A stretch of 64,000 nt of DNA from a virus. A model generated the notes under the pieces. The model made no database searches, was not told where the DNA came from, and worked only from the letters and a program-made list of their open reading frames with translations. Within the stretch, counting starts at the first letter, position 1; every line of letters starts with the position of its first letter. Both the position numbers and the translations under genes were made by a program. The stretch covers positions 5,005 to 69,004 of IMG/VR virus record IMGVR_UViG_3300009441_000008; one strand, 5' to 3'. Shown here in pieces: positions 9,089 to 21,079 of the stretch.

Positions 9089-11857
9089 TTATTCCTCTAT
9101 TTCAAAATCTAATAGACTTCTATTGTGTTTAACCCAATGTTGGTCAATATGTTTAAGACTATCGTCTAAGTATAGGAAGAACGGATCCCTCTTTATTTTA
9201 TTCCAAAAAATCACCTCAGTTTCAGATAATGTCATCACATCATCATAGTTGTCTTGACCACCCTCTTTCATGGGGTTACCCGAATCTAACTTACATTGTG
9301 TAGGTGTGAAGTATTGTCTTTTCTCAGGATTATCTACCATTATATCGTTACGTATGTCAGGACTAAAGACAACCATAAGTGGTTCTATTCTTTTGTTAAA
9401 TGTATTTACGTATCGAGCAATGTTATATTCACCTTTCATTTCAGGATTGTCAGACATTTCTTTTTCAGTAATCATGTAACAATTAATTCTCACTTCATCG
9501 GTCTTTGGTTTCTTTGAAACATCACCGTGAGATTTAGCGGTACCATTATTAACATAGAATATTGTTTCACCAAGACCCGCATTATAACCATTAACCATAA
9601 TTAACTCCATGTGTGCCTTTCGAGACATTAAAGATCCACTTTTGGTTCTTTTCTGTATGTGTTTTTTATAATCATCTATTGATTGTTTAACTCTCGATTT
9701 ATTAGCAATCTTCGCTAATGGTATTTCTTGGTTGTATATGACTTCAATGTAACTGTAGTAATACTCAATAAATTCATGTCCTTTACCATCAAGTAATAAC
9801 CTTAAACCCTTATCAAGAAAATCAACAATATAACCTGAAAGATTTTTTGATTTAATTGTGTTACCTGTTAATTTAACACCACCATTTGGTTTCTTTAATA
9901 CATAGTTTTTCCTTGCGAGATTAATGGTTGCGGGACAAACATAATCAATATCAAGACCCATCTCACCTCTCATAAAGATATCGTTAAATTCCGCAGTGTC
10001 CGCTTCAAGACCCTCATATTCTTTATCCTTGACTACAAGACCATTTAACCCCTTACCTATGTACTTACGACTTTCCATGTCTTTAGGTGCAGAAAAGTTA
10101 ACACCATCCGTATCCATTACAAGTGGTTTATACCCAATACCTTGGAAATACATGATCATCATTCTAAGACTTTGTCTTCCGACACATGTGATAGTTTCAC
10201 CCATATCCATATCACCCCATGGGAATACGTGAGGTGCTGACAATGAACCAAAGTATGCATTAATGAAAATCTTAATTGGTAATTGTTTTCTGTTGTATTT
10301 TTCTGATAGTTCGGGATTTGTCTTATAGTGTTCAGCCGCCAATAATTTGTAATTTATACGAACATCTCGGAAGTACTTTAACATCGACTTCTGAACACCC
10401 ATCACATCACAATCGGGAAACACATCATACACTAACTGTATTGATGGATATAGTGAAGAGTAATCAAACTTAACTACGTTAGTCTCATAACCAACGTTTA
10501 GTAATCTTGACAAACCACCCGTTATTGGTCTACGTTCATCTTTTTTAGGTACTGCTAAATCATGTTTATATGACCACGCTAACATTATTAACTTCCATAG
10601 TGTTGCTGTTCCCATGGTAGAGACTCTTTCATAAGTTGCGGGTACAACCTTAGATAGTAAAAATGTTGATTGACTAAATGAATCGTCAACAACCATAGTC
10701 TCATATAAATCATCTTCAAGGTACTGTTCTACTATTTTTCTACCTGTCCAAACCTCATAAACATTTGGAAATCTTTCTAATAGGTTTTCAGTGCCAGGTG
10801 ACCCAATCTTTTTATACTTACCTGTTTCAGGATTCATATAAAAACTTTCATTATCAATATAGATGTTTGATATCTGTGATCCCTCAACATATACACGATT
10901 CTTCTTTTCGGCTCCAAGATATTTTGTGATATACTTTAACCCCCACGATTTAATGTCCGAGTTAATTGCTTGAGATCGACGAACAGAATGTGCAATATCA
11001 AGAATGTTCATTCCCCAAATAATGTGTTGTGTGTAGTATTCAACCTCATTGGCTAATTTTAACATTCCTTCACGTTCTTTAATTCCTTGAGCGTGAAATA
11101 TCTGAGTATGTTCTTTAGGGTTAATACCTAATATCTCACACCTCTTTAAAATAAAAGGAAAATCAAAGAATGATGAGTTATATCCAGCAATGGTTGTTGG
11201 TTTTAATTCCCTCAAGTGTTTAAAGAACTCTATGATACACCTCGCCTCACCATCTTCACCGAAAGCATCAATAATCTGAACAAAATCTCGATTATCCTTC
11301 ATCCCAATAAGAATTATCTTATCTACCTCAGGATCAAGACCTGTTGTTTCAATATCAAACACTAAACGATGAACGTCGTCATAATCTTCTAATCCCTTAA
11401 AGAGTCTTTTTTCTTTTTGAATGAGAAATTGTTCTTTTGGGTTTAACAGAATAAAATGGTTTCTTACATCTTCATCCCACGGATTAATACCACCTTGTCT
11501 GAAAAAATCCAACAAAGGTCCATAACCTTTGGTACTTTTCACGATGTAATTATAACCCTCCATAAGTCGTTGGTGACCTTTATCCTCTAACTTTTCGATC
11601 TTAATACCATATTCAATCATCTTTTTACGTTGTCGAGCTTTGTCTCTTCCGTAAAAATTTAAACTACTAATGTCATTAACCCAAAGAAATGGGGTTAGAG
11701 TATCCTTACGAATAATCTTACCTTTTTCAGGATCTTGGATAATTTTGTAAATTGTGTTTGTTTTGTACTCGTACTCTATACCTACGATATACTTTTCGGG
11801 ATCGGAACCATTGAGAAATTCCTCGATTACCTCCTGTGAGATTATCTCTTTAATCAT
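9089..11857 (-). CDS. Family B DNA polymerase with 3'-5' exonuclease
   Basis: FDIETTG (ExoI), YNSSFFD (ExoII), DYSSLYPS (A), KIFINAYFG (B), MDTDG (C); no intein apparent. Confidence 0.95.
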   Translation of the reverse strand: MIKEIISQEVIEEFLNGSDPEKYIVGIEYEYKTNTIYKIIQDPEKGKIIRKDTLTPFLWVNDISSLNFYGRDKARQRKKMIEYGIKIEKLEDKGHQRLMEGYNYIVKSTKGYGPLLDFFRQGGINPWDEDVRNHFILLNPKEQFLIQKEKRLFKGLEDYDDVHRLVFDIETTGLDPEVDKIILIGMKDNRDFVQIIDAFGEDGEARCIIEFFKHLRELKPTTIAGYNSSFFDFPFILKRCEILGINPKEHTQIFHAQGIKEREGMLKLANEVEYYTQHIIWGMNILDIAHSVRRSQAINSDIKSWGLKYITKYLGAEKKNRVYVEGSQISNIYIDNESFYMNPETGKYKKIGSPGTENLLERFPNVYEVWTGRKIVEQYLEDDLYETMVVDDSFSQSTFLLSKVVPATYERVSTMGTATLWKLIMLAWSYKHDLAVPKKDERRPITGGLSRLLNVGYETNVVKFDYSSLYPSIQLVYDVFPDCDVMGVQKSMLKYFRDVRINYKLLAAEHYKTNPELSEKYNRKQLPIKIFINAYFGSLSAPHVFPWGDMDMGETITCVGRQSLRMMIMYFQGIGYKPLVMDTDGVNFSAPKDMESRKYIGKGLNGLVVKDKEYEGLEADTAEFNDIFMRGEMGLDIDYVCPATINLARKNYVLKKPNGGVKLTGNTIKSKNLSGYIVDFLDKGLRLLLDGKGHEFIEYYYSYIEVIYNQEIPLAKIANKSRVKQSIDDYKKHIQKRTKSGSLMSRKAHMELIMVNGYNAGLGETIFYVNNGTAKSHGDVSKKPKTDEVRINCYMITEKEMSDNPEMKGEYNIARYVNTFNKRIEPLMVVFSPDIRNDIMVDNPEKRQYFTPTQCKLDSGNPMKEGGQDNYDDVMTLSETEVIFWNKIKRDPFFLYLDDSLKHIDQHWVKHNRSLLDFEIEE

Positions 11858-11928
11858 TGTTATATGTGTTTTTAATTAGTTGACACATTATCTTACACCA
11901 TCATTGGATGATGTAGTTAGTCTTGCTA

Positions 11929-11959
11929 CAAATATAACAATAAAATACTAAATAATCAA
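11929..11959 (-). promoter_or_regulatory. Bacteroidota sigma-A-type promoter for the DNA polymerase
   Basis: Minus strand TTG-N20-TATATTTG matches the -33/-7 consensus. Confidence 0.65.
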
Positions 11960-11974
11960 TTCCCGAAGGACTAA

Positions 11975-12343
11975 TTATATGATATTAATAAATAATTTTT
12001 CTTTGATTGGAACAATTAGTTTTTCGGTAGGTGCAAGATTTGTATCAAGAAATTGTATTGTTACAATTCCTTCGTACTTACCTTCTTCCGATGTTTGATC
12101 CTCAGTGAATCTATATGTAATGTAGTATTCGTCGGTGGTTTGGTCATACTTTTTGGTACGTGTTGTAAGATTACATATCCCACCCAAAATAACAGGAACT
12201 TCAGTCTCTACCTCAAACATATCGAATGTAATGTCCGAGTTCTCTAAAAGATCGTTAAATGAAGACTTATCATTTCGTCCATCATCAACTAACCTCATCT
12301 TTAATATTGGATCTGTTGACCCTTTTCTTATAAAAAATTCCAT
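11975..12343 (-). CDS. BppU-N-like virion adaptor protein
   Basis: F.IRKG.T.P.L at the N-terminus; ITYRF..DQT...G.Y.G...I.F. Confidence 0.55.
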   Translation of the reverse strand: MEFFIRKGSTDPILKMRLVDDGRNDKSSFNDLLENSDITFDMFEVETEVPVILGGICNLTTRTKKYDQTTDEYYITYRFTEDQTSEEGKYEGIVTIQFLDTNLAPTEKLIVPIKEKLFINII

Positions 12344-12394
12344 ATTAATAAATATTCAATCTATTTTTTTATTTACTATTTCACAATCTGTGTT

Positions 12395-13675
12395 TTATAT
12401 AGAGGGTGGATACGACGTAGAATTAACCAAACCTAACTGCCAATAAGTTTTACCACCTATTACCATACTTATGACTTGTGATGATCCTTCTACTATGTGT
12501 ATTGAATCTCCACCACCATATGGTGTTATTCCGTTCATAGTCCCATCCCAAGATCTAATATTCATTAGACTCTCAATTCTGTCTATTCTATTACATAACG
12601 TACGGATAGGTTTTTCAATATCATCATCGTTAATTATTATCCCACCATATAAAAGACCAACAATTAACCACTGATTAATATTTTCGTCGTATGTTAAAAC
12701 CGCCGAACCCGAGTCTCCCCCACTTGATGGGTAAAAACACGTGTCGCCGGTGGGTGTTGTGGATCCACTTGCCATTAGACTGAAAGTGTCGTTCATCTTG
12801 GTCGTCACGTCTACCCCTTGTTTTTTATAGTTTATAGTTATTGATGATGCAAATTGATCTCTAAATAATTTAACCACTCCTTCACCTTTACCACCGGTGG
12901 TTCTTCCCGCACTAAAATATTCTCTACCATCTTCTGATAAATATTGATCCAATTCTGGTGTTGTTGCAAATCTTGGAGCTACATTCATTGTGTTTATGTT
13001 GTGTTGTCTCCATGAAACATTGGGGTCTATCATTCCTTCATTAATTATTGCAATTGCACAATCAATATAGTTTGTGGGGGAACTTAATGGTTGGTATCTT
13101 ATGACTTGACCCACTGTAAAACCTAAATTAGACTTACCTGGTTCGTTAGGTTGAATCACGGGGTCGTTATGTACGTTGGTTTGTACACCCGATAAATTTC
13201 TCTCTGAAGTAATCCACGCATCATTAACAAGTACATGATTATTACTAACCCCAACCAAATGATTTGTTTCATTATCTACAGCAATAAAACCTAATGTACC
13301 AACATAATTACTTAATTTACTAAAATTAGTTACAGATACACCACCCATTATAGGTCTATGATCATCTCTATTAGTTGGGTCGGTTGTTTGCCAAGTATAA
13401 AAAGACGCGTCACACATTCCATATCCTTGAGGTCTTACAATACCTTCAACCACATCAGTTTTTAAAATTTCACCCTCATGAGTAATATTAGAAGGAATTC
13501 TTTCGTCTACAGGTATATCATTTAAATCTTTCTTTTTAGATACGGTATAAACTAATGATTTTTCATTTGTTAATTTACCATTCACGGTTTTAAAACCGTA
13601 TCCCACAGAAACAACGTCTTCAGATGTTGATTCATTTATGGATAATGTTAATTGTTGTAGTTGTTCGTTATTCAT
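12395..13675 (-). CDS. Trypsin-like (S1) serine protease
   Basis: Catalytic triad motifs SNNHVL, IDCAIA and GGDSGSAV; GRTTG. Confidence 0.85.
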   Translation of the reverse strand: MNNEQLQQLTLSINESTSEDVVSVGYGFKTVNGKLTNEKSLVYTVSKKKDLNDIPVDERIPSNITHEGEILKTDVVEGIVRPQGYGMCDASFYTWQTTDPTNRDDHRPIMGGVSVTNFSKLSNYVGTLGFIAVDNETNHLVGVSNNHVLVNDAWITSERNLSGVQTNVHNDPVIQPNEPGKSNLGFTVGQVIRYQPLSSPTNYIDCAIAIINEGMIDPNVSWRQHNINTMNVAPRFATTPELDQYLSEDGREYFSAGRTTGGKGEGVVKLFRDQFASSITINYKKQGVDVTTKMNDTFSLMASGSTTPTGDTCFYPSSGGDSGSAVLTYDENINQWLIVGLLYGGIIINDDDIEKPIRTLCNRIDRIESLMNIRSWDGTMNGITPYGGGDSIHIVEGSSQVISMVIGGKTYWQLGLVNSTSYPPSI

Positions 13676-13681
13676 ATCTTA

Positions 13682-16600
13682 TTAAGGTGTATGTACATAT
13701 ATGGTGTTATTCGCTGGTGTAGGATTAGGAGTTGCGTTTGGTGTACTTGTTGGATTTGGTGTTGGTGTTGGACACGTTCCACTCACATTAATCACACCAC
13801 GCATACCTGCGTGATTTACACATTGATACTGATATTGAGTAATTCCCACATCACATGGTACTTCCCATGTCAGTGTGTATGGATCCCCTGCATTCCACGT
13901 ACTCACCACATTAGGGAGTGGTGCTTCGTGCTGATCTAAACCATTAAAGTTAGTTATTTTTATTGGGTGTGTTTCAAGATCTGGTGCACTTCCCGTAACG
14001 TTTATTATTACTGTAGAACCACGATTAACATTGATACAACCAAATAAACCACCATTTCCATCTAAATCACTTGTTATGTATTTTCTGTCTGTGGTATTAG
14101 TGTTACTATCGTACTCAGTCTCTACGTTTATATTGAGAGGTGCGGCTGATATACAACTTACAGGTTCTACTGTTGCCGTTGGTGTTGGTGTTGGTGCAAC
14201 TGTTGATGTTGGTGTAGGAGTAGGTGTTGCGGTTGGTGTACTTGTTGGGGTTACAATTGAAAGGGTGTCAGGGTATATTGAGTCTTGTCGGTCATGAACC
14301 GTGTTCCCACTAATCCCTCTCTGAAGTCCGAACCTAAGATGGTATTCCTGTTGCCAATTCCAATTACACATGGACGTATATCGAGAACCGTATATAACAG
14401 TTCCATTGGAGTCTCTATATTGTGTTATTACGTAAACGAAATTCGTGATCCCATCAACGGGTGTAGAAACAGTAATACTGAGAGGATTTGAAGAACCATT
14501 TCCCTGTGAACAATCAGCAATAGGGTTATAGGTACCGACCTCAATCCAGTTCAATGTGTCGTCGTACTGATTTTGTGTGAGACTGTATGATTCTGAAACT
14601 TCAGTATACCATAAAGTTAATCCTGTAAGTGATGGTGTAAAATCTTGAACAGTACTAATATTTACAGTCGTTGTATACCCTGTAGGTGCAACTGTTGATG
14701 TTGGACTCGGGCTTGGTGTTGGTGTAGGATTAGGAGTACTTGTAGGTTCCACCGTTGCAGTTGGATCTGGTACGGGTGGGGTGTTGGTTTCTGTAATATA
14801 CAAATCTACCACGTCACTTGATGACAATGTATAATATTGGTATTGTCCACCAGGACCACTTCTAAGGTCAATCAAATTACTAAATGAGTATGTACCGAGT
14901 TGATTAGCTAAAGAACCGTTTAAGTAATACCACCCATAGTAAACCCCTCCACCTGTGGTTGGAATACTAATTCTTGCATTGTTGTAATCGGTGTCGAGAG
15001 TAATAACAGAATGGTGTGAATCACTATTTGGTTGTATTGTGTGTGTCCCCGAAGAATCAAAACTTAATCTATTAGACATTGCACCGTTTGACTTAACCAA
15101 TTTAAAGTCAGTTATTGAAAATGTTGATGATTGGTTGTAAACGTGTAATTTAAAACTACTGATATCTACAGTTTCCGTTGGTGTGGGGTTAGGGGTACTT
15201 GTTGGTGCAACTGTTGATGTTGGACTTGGTGTAGCACTTGGATATGGTGTTGGTTCTACCGTACTTGTAGGTGTAGGATTAGGTGTTGCGGTTGGTGTAC
15301 TTGTAGGTGTAGAACATGAGAACTGACTTACCGATGTTACTTGACTTAGTGCGTCCACACTAACCCATGTGTGACCTGATGCCACGGTAAGTGGACCAGG
15401 TGTCATATATAAACAAAATCCTTCATCGGTAAATAGAGTACCTGATGAGTCACGATATATGGTGGCTCCAACTTCTACGGTGTTTCCATTTTCGATAAAT
15501 ATATGTGGATACTGTTCATTCCCTTGGTTAGCTAAGACACCTGTAAGGTGTCCATCATTATCACACATCCACTGTGTCATTTCATTGAATGTTACGGTTT
15601 GATTATTAGTTTCGAATCTACCTCCAACATTACCATCTAAACTATTAGACTCAAAATAAGTTGCCACCTTAAGAATTCTTTCTAACGAGAGATTAAATGT
15701 ACTTGACGGTGTGGACTCCGGAGTCGATGTTGGACTCGGTGTACTTGTAGGTGCAACCGTTTCCGTTGGTGTTGGTTCTACCGTACTTGTTGGTGTGGGT
15801 GTTGGATCTGGTTCTACTGTTGGTGTAGGACTTGGGCTTGGTGTAGGACTCGGGCTTGGTGTAGGATTAGGAGTTGCGTTTGGTGTACTTGTAGGTGGAT
15901 CAGGTTCTGGTGTTTGTTGTGGTGTTGCATTTGGTGTTGGTTGTGGTGTTGCATTTGGAGTACTACTCGGTGTGGGTGTTGGTGTTTGAGCAATAACCTC
16001 TAATACCTGCTCGACAATCGGACCGGACGCACTACCTTCTCTAATAATAATTTGGTAAACCTCGTCGCCTTCTGTTAAACCATCTTCCACTGTTGTTATA
16101 GAAATTGAATCAGACATCGATAATGTTTCATTATATGTTGGTATTGTTCCTGAACCTGAAGGAATTACTCCTCCCTCAAAATCAGCAGCTACCGCCCAAG
16201 TCCATGGGTCAACGACAGCAACATCAACAGACCAGAAATATTCTGTTCCTGCAGGTACATGTTTGGTATTCAATATGTGATTAAATGTGGTACCGTCATA
16301 ATGTGTTGATGAAAGTATCTCCCAAACCGATGTTGGTCCAGAAGTTGCAATTGGTGTTGGTTGTGGTGTTGCATTTGGTGTCGCAGTTGGTTCTGGTATA
16401 TGATATCCCTCTAAGGTGGAAATTCTATCATTAAACGATTGTGAAACAATTAAATATGAAGAGGTAAAAGAATTAAACTCATCTCTAATTGATCCACTCT
16501 CAATTTCTAATTTGTCTAAACGACCGACAATAAGGGATAGGTCCACTGGTGATTGAGTTGGGTTAGGTGTTGGTTGTGGAGGTAAATCCCCAATTGTAAT

Positions 16601-17245
16601 CCATGAACCACTAACACTCTCAATCTTATTTAATCTACTCGAAGAAGAACCACTCTCAATTTCTAAAGAATCTAATCTATCGTTTGTGTTAAGGACATAT
16701 GTTCCAAATGCGTTGTCATTTTCTGTGTCAACACTATTAATTAAATCAACTATTTCTTTAAATGAATCTTTGTCCGCATCAGAAGATAATAAAATTGCAT
16801 CAATCCTACCTTTCTCAGTTTCGATTTGAGTAAGAAGTGATCCCGTCGCAATTTCTAAACCATCTAATGCATCTAATCGTATGTTTTGTTGAGTGTTAAC
16901 TGTGTTATTTGATGAACTATAGGTGTTAAAATATTCACGTAACTCAAGTAACTCTTGGTCAGTCGCATAATAATCATTTAATGAACCTGTAAATATTTCT
17001 ATAGAGTCTAAACGACCATCTGCTGATGATGTAAAGGTGTTTAACGATGAAACGTTACCTATCAGAGTATCGACCGAGGATGTAATTGACGAACTCGCAT
17101 ATTGAGGTGTCAACACAGAATTGATTTGGTCTTTTATTGCATCTAATGTGGTTCCAAAGGTGGTCCCATTTATTACTATTGGTATAATACCACTCCCACT
17201 TGGGGTTAAACTTGAACTTAATTCTGATATTTTTCTAAATGCCAT
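13682..17245 (-). CDS. Multidomain fibre/adhesin with coiled coil, Pro/Thr linkers, Calx-beta-like domain and C-terminal cupredoxin-like domain
   Basis: RKISEL start; SGS/RLD.LE coiled-coil repeats; PTPTP linkers; EDGLTEGDE; HP...[13 protein letters not shown]. Confidence 0.7.
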   Translation of the reverse strand: MAFRKISELSSSLTPSGSGIIPIVINGTTFGTTLDAIKDQINSVLTPQYASSSITSSVDTLIGNVSSLNTFTSSADGRLDSIEIFTGSLNDYYATDQELLELREYFNTYSSSNNTVNTQQNIRLDALDGLEIATGSLLTQIETEKGRIDAILLSSDADKDSFKEIVDLINSVDTENDNAFGTYVLNTNDRLDSLEIESGSSSSRLNKIESVSGSWITIGDLPPQPTPNPTQSPVDLSLIVGRLDKLEIESGSIRDEFNSFTSSYLIVSQSFNDRISTLEGYHIPEPTATPNATPQPTPIATSGPTSVWEILSSTHYDGTTFNHILNTKHVPAGTEYFWSVDVAVVDPWTWAVAADFEGGVIPSGSGTIPTYNETLSMSDSISITTVEDGLTEGDEVYQIIIREGSASGPIVEQVLEVIAQTPTPTPSSTPNATPQPTPNATPQQTPEPDPPTSTPNATPNPTPSPSPTPSPSPTPTVEPDPTPTPTSTVEPTPTETVAPTSTPSPTSTPESTPSSTFNLSLERILKVATYFESNSLDGNVGGRFETNNQTVTFNEMTQWMCDNDGHLTGVLANQGNEQYPHIFIENGNTVEVGATIYRDSSGTLFTDEGFCLYMTPGPLTVASGHTWVSVDALSQVTSVSQFSCSTPTSTPTATPNPTPTSTVEPTPYPSATPSPTSTVAPTSTPNPTPTETVDISSFKLHVYNQSSTFSITDFKLVKSNGAMSNRLSFDSSGTHTIQPNSDSHHSVITLDTDYNNARISIPTTGGGVYYGWYYLNGSLANQLGTYSFSNLIDLRSGPGGQYQYYTLSSSDVVDLYITETNTPPVPDPTATVEPTSTPNPTPTPSPSPTSTVAPTGYTTTVNISTVQDFTPSLTGLTLWYTEVSESYSLTQNQYDDTLNWIEVGTYNPIADCSQGNGSSNPLSITVSTPVDGITNFVYVITQYRDSNGTVIYGSRYTSMCNWNWQQEYHLRFGLQRGISGNTVHDRQDSIYPDTLSIVTPTSTPTATPTPTPTSTVAPTPTPTATVEPVSCISAAPLNINVETEYDSNTNTTDRKYITSDLDGNGGLFGCINVNRGSTVIINVTGSAPDLETHPIKITNFNGLDQHEAPLPNVVSTWNAGDPYTLTWEVPCDVGITQYQYQCVNHAGMRGVINVSGTCPTPTPNPTSTPNATPNPTPANNTIYVHTP
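15700..15990 (-). repeat. Low-complexity Pro/Thr/Ser linker repeats (longest of several in the fibre gene)
   Basis: Repeated ggtgttggt/ggtgtagga units encoding [14 protein letters not shown] and TPTSTVEP. Confidence 0.9.
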
Positions 17246-17255
17246 TGTATTGTTA

Positions 17256-18260
17256 TTAAAAAATTATAATGTCGTTATTTTCTGTTTCCATTATGTCGGA
17301 ACTTACTCCATCAATTATTAGACTTTCATCATTGTATGGTAATATTGTTTCCTCACACTTTTCTTGACACTCAATAATGTCGTACATTGGTTTGGTTGAC
17401 ACAATATAGTGGTGTCTAACCTGTAATGCGTTTAGAGGTTCCTCAATATATTTGATTCTTTTTAAATTAAAACTCGTCACACCTTGGTGTACTCCACCTG
17501 AACCTGTGGTTCCACCACCCCATGATTGGATAAATGGTTGAAAACCTCTTTTAGATGGTATGACTTCTTCCCAATTATCAATTTTATAGATAGGTCGACC
17601 ATTTAGGTATATTTTTAATACACCCAATCTTGCATATCTTTCATCATTCCAATCTTTGTTTAACTCTTCAATGTATTGGTAATTTTCTGTCGCTCCTGAA
17701 AGGGTTACTGCTCTTGGATTAGTTATCGTAGATCCTGTTATCAAATCATTCCACCCACCAGAATTTTCAATTTCACACTCGGTGTGTCTTAAGTGACGAT
17801 CAAATACAATTGTTATGTTAAAATCCTTAGAGGTACCATTTTCACAAAGAATTGGGGTTACTCCCGAATCATGATAAAAAGTTTCTTTATATGATTCGTT
17901 AACACAACTACCCGAATATCTATATGCGTTCCATTCAATTTTTCCATCAGAAGTAAAACCAAAGGAAAGGTTATTATCGGCATATAAAGATTGTTCATAT
18001 TCGTCTCTTACACCAAAAAAATAAAACACACTACCAACGGACCACGGTAAGTCATCTCTATTAAAAACAAAATCAAGTGTCCACCCTTTTTCAGGTCGTC
18101 TTTCGATTATGTAATCACATAGATCCGTCCCACCATGTTTGTTTATCTCATACGCCCACGGCCTTACATCTAAGGTACTGTCGATAGGACAACAGTCACC
18201 CGCGAGTTTACTACTGCACTCAATTAAATTAGTTGTAAAACCTGTGATATCTAATGGCAT
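17256..18260 (-). CDS. Hypothetical virion protein, possibly ConA/LamG-like
   Basis: WTLDFVF, LKIYLNG and beta-rich composition; late motif upstream. Confidence 0.4.
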   Translation of the reverse strand: MPLDITGFTTNLIECSSKLAGDCCPIDSTLDVRPWAYEINKHGGTDLCDYIIERRPEKGWTLDFVFNRDDLPWSVGSVFYFFGVRDEYEQSLYADNNLSFGFTSDGKIEWNAYRYSGSCVNESYKETFYHDSGVTPILCENGTSKDFNITIVFDRHLRHTECEIENSGGWNDLITGSTITNPRAVTLSGATENYQYIEELNKDWNDERYARLGVLKIYLNGRPIYKIDNWEEVIPSKRGFQPFIQSWGGGTTGSGGVHQGVTSFNLKRIKYIEEPLNALQVRHHYIVSTKPMYDIIECQEKCEETILPYNDESLIIDGVSSDIMETENNDIIIF

Positions 18261-18331
18261 TTTTACTTTTCTATATAAATAGTAAAAACATTAGTTATCT
18301 TCAGATAAAGAATTAAAATTATGTGTGGTCG

Positions 18332-19801
18332 TTACGTTATTGAATACCATACACGATCGACTACCAATCCAGTGGTCAAATCTACTCTCGTCAAAAGAAA
18401 TCTATTTTCATCAATAGTTAATGCACTGTTTGAGAATTGTTGGTTAGTACCTTCTGTTTCTGGTTCCAAAGTATATCCCGATAAATATTCATGATAAACA
18501 AGTCCTACATTCTTTCCGGCGGTTCTTGTTAATATGGGAGTACCTATCGCACCAATAATTCCATTAGTGTATTGGAATGTTCTTCTGTACGCCATTGTTC
18601 TTGAAGGACTATTAGAGTAATTTACCATTACAGTATTTGCGGAGTCATTAACTTTTTCATCGAACCAAGTTTGATACTCAGTCCAACCCTGAGGAGTGTT
18701 GTCGTAAGGTACTGTTACTATTCCAACAGTGTAAAGTTCTTGATATTTAAGATAGTTGGTGTCCTTAACAACCTCAATGTGGGTTACAATTCCATCAGTA
18801 CTTCTTATCAATGTCCATTCTCCATTTTGATTCTTAGCTATAAAGTGATACCTATCCCAAGAACTACCTTGTACGGGAGACATTCCGTCTGATGTAACTA
18901 CACCATCCATAATAGATGTTCCTATTGAGTCTTTATATATACTCATACCGACTGTCCAATCAGATATTGAATCCTCTTTAAATATAGATACGTCACCAAT
19001 AACAGATTCCCCAAACTCATCTTTGATAATTAAATCAATAATTTTCTCACTTGCTTGTTTTGATACACCACCAGCAAAGTGATAATGATTTCCTTCTAAT
19101 TCGGGTGTGTTTGATTGAAGGGTTGGGTGCCACCCTGTTACGTTTCCGTTATTTTTATCATACAAATATGAATGAACGACAACTTCTTCCAAACTACTTG
19201 GGTTTGTTTCGAATGTACCATATTCGGCAGTTCTAACTTTAAAGTCACCCCAAACTGTTTTGATGCTTTGACTTAATGTCCCATATCCGTTGTTGTAAAT
19301 TTCCCCTAAACCATTATTGTCTAAGTCAAATTTTATACTGTAAGTTGAAGATGAAGGTGGTGAATCGGTTTCCCCACTAATGGTACTATGATCACATATC
19401 ATAAAGTAATGTATTTCGCCAGGAATTCCTGTGTATGTGAAAAGGTCGTTATTTAAAATAAAATTTTCATAATCATGGACTACATTTCCCTCACTGTCTA
19501 AAATATTAAAATGATCGGTAAATTCGTCATAGTTAAATGTCACCGTTAAACTTGAATAAATGTAATTTATATCATTAATTCTGTTATCAAACTCACAAAG
19601 TTTAATATTTTCTATTGTAGAATCGTCATCACTTAAATCTTTTAATATAGGGGTATCAAACGTTATTGAATTAGTAAAATCCAACAATTTAGGGTCATAG
19701 TCGTTATTAAACCCCGCAATTTCGTAGTCATAAGTCTCTGAATTATCGAGCTCTACGTCCACACTTATACCTAAATTCCTTAAAATATCCTGACTATTCA
19801 T
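18332..19801 (-). CDS. Hypothetical protein, probably virion-associated
   Basis: Long ORF; late motif 5 nt upstream of ATG 19801. Confidence 0.5.
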   Translation of the reverse strand: MNSQDILRNLGISVDVELDNSETYDYEIAGFNNDYDPKLLDFTNSITFDTPILKDLSDDDSTIENIKLCEFDNRINDINYIYSSLTVTFNYDEFTDHFNILDSEGNVVHDYENFILNNDLFTYTGIPGEIHYFMICDHSTISGETDSPPSSSTYSIKFDLDNNGLGEIYNNGYGTLSQSIKTVWGDFKVRTAEYGTFETNPSSLEEVVVHSYLYDKNNGNVTGWHPTLQSNTPELEGNHYHFAGGVSKQASEKIIDLIIKDEFGESVIGDVSIFKEDSISDWTVGMSIYKDSIGTSIMDGVVTSDGMSPVQGSSWDRYHFIAKNQNGEWTLIRSTDGIVTHIEVVKDTNYLKYQELYTVGIVTVPYDNTPQGWTEYQTWFDEKVNDSANTVMVNYSNSPSRTMAYRRTFQYTNGIIGAIGTPILTRTAGKNVGLVYHEYLSGYTLEPETEGTNQQFSNSALTIDENRFLLTRVDLTTGLVVDRVWYSIT

Positions 19802-19806
19802 ACTCT

Positions 19807-19839
19807 TATAAATATCTTTCAAAACATTTGATATTTATA
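19807..19839. promoter_or_regulatory. Back-to-back pair of putative late promoters (TATTTATA on each sense strand)
   Basis: TATAAATA at 19807-19814 and TATTTATA at 19832-19839 between divergent genes. Confidence 0.65.
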
Positions 19840-19854
19840 ATAAAAGTATATTCT

Positions 19855-20586
19855 ATGAATAATTTTATAAAAGGGATAATTGAGGAGAAATTTACCTCTA
19901 AAAAACAACAACGTTTCTTCTACGCAAAGGCCAATGACGAGAGTTTGAGTAAGAAAGAAAGGGCTAAGTGGAAGAAAATGGCTGATAAACTGTCAGACGA
20001 CACTAACTTTGAAAAAATTCCTGAAGTTGCCGAAGAAGAAGGTGATGTGGATGAAATTGTTGATGCTAAAGGAAATATTCAACGAGGTGGTAAAGCAAGT
20101 GATGCAAATACAAAAGGTATAACATCAAGAAAAACCTCTAATCAAACAGCAAAGGGATATGCTGGTCAAATGGGAACACACGGTGTTCACGGAACTCACA
20201 CATCATTAAGATATTGGGCGGAATCAGATATGAGTAAGTCTCTTGGTTATGACGACACATTAGGCGATGACGATAATTTTAAAGAAGCATACAAACATTT
20301 TACGAAGGAATTGAAACTTACCCACGAAGATGCGATGGTAAGACTTGAAAAAATGGGATATGACCAAAAACTACCTGAAGATAAGGTTAGGTTAGTTGAG
20401 AACCCAAAGAAATTCATGAAGGACTATATGGAAACCGTCTTAACAAAGAAAAATAGTGATGATGAAATTTTAACTAATGAAAAAAAAGACATTAACCCAA
20501 TCATTAAGAGACAGTTAAGTTCTTTGAAAACGACACTCGGTAAACATAAACTTACAATTGATGACATAAAAGAATATCTAAGTTAG
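19855..20586 (+). CDS. Hypothetical protein, probable internal head protein
   Basis: ORF with IIEE leader and SKKQQRFFYA motif. Confidence 0.55.
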   Translation: MNNFIKGIIEEKFTSKKQQRFFYAKANDESLSKKERAKWKKMADKLSDDTNFEKIPEVAEEEGDVDEIVDAKGNIQRGGKASDANTKGITSRKTSNQTAKGYAGQMGTHGVHGTHTSLRYWAESDMSKSLGYDDTLGDDDNFKEAYKHFTKELKLTHEDAMVRLEKMGYDQKLPEDKVRLVENPKKFMKDYMETVLTKKNSDDEILTNEKKDINPIIKRQLSSLKTTLGKHKLTIDDIKEYLS

Positions 20587-20587
20587 A

Positions 20588-21079
20588 ATGAGTAACAGTA
20601 AACTACAAAATAGAATTTTTAAATTACCCGATAACGTATTCAATTACATTCACGGTGTGATAACGTCGTTGAAGGACAAATCTGTTGTGGGTGTTCAAAG
20701 AGCGAAAGGTTTAATTAAAACCAGAAATGTTAGTTACAGTCAGTTAAAATCAATTATATATGATTTAAAGAAACCCGAACTAAAAGATAGTATCCAATTT
20801 AAACTTATGGGTGGTGATCTAATGTTACAATGGGGAGAAACACATTTAAATGGTGAAAGAACTTTAATTAAGAATAATAAGAATTCTCAAAAGAGAGCAA
20901 ATGAAATTGGTCAACTCAACGATATTAGACAAAATAGTTTTTTAAAGAAACACACAAAAAAAACAAGTGGTCGTGTTCCTACTAATATGTTGAAATCTAA
21001 TTCTGATAAAACTTCCGTCTCTTCAATATCATCACTTGGTATTTTTGAAGAGGTAGAAAGAATAAAAGGTTTATTATAA
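20588..21079 (+). CDS. Hypothetical basic protein ending IFEEVERIKGLL
   Basis: ORF tightly coupled to its neighbours. Confidence 0.6.
   Translation: MSNSKLQNRIFKLPDNVFNYIHGVITSLKDKSVVGVQRAKGLIKTRNVSYSQLKSIIYDLKKPELKDSIQFKLMGGDLMLQWGETHLNGERTLIKNNKNSQKRANEIGQLNDIRQNSFLKKHTKKTSGRVPTNMLKSNSDKTSVSSISSLGIFEEVERIKGLL

Noticed and set aside
13682-17245. Diversity-generating retroelement target in the fibre
   Set aside because: No reverse transcriptase or adenine-variant template repeat in the window
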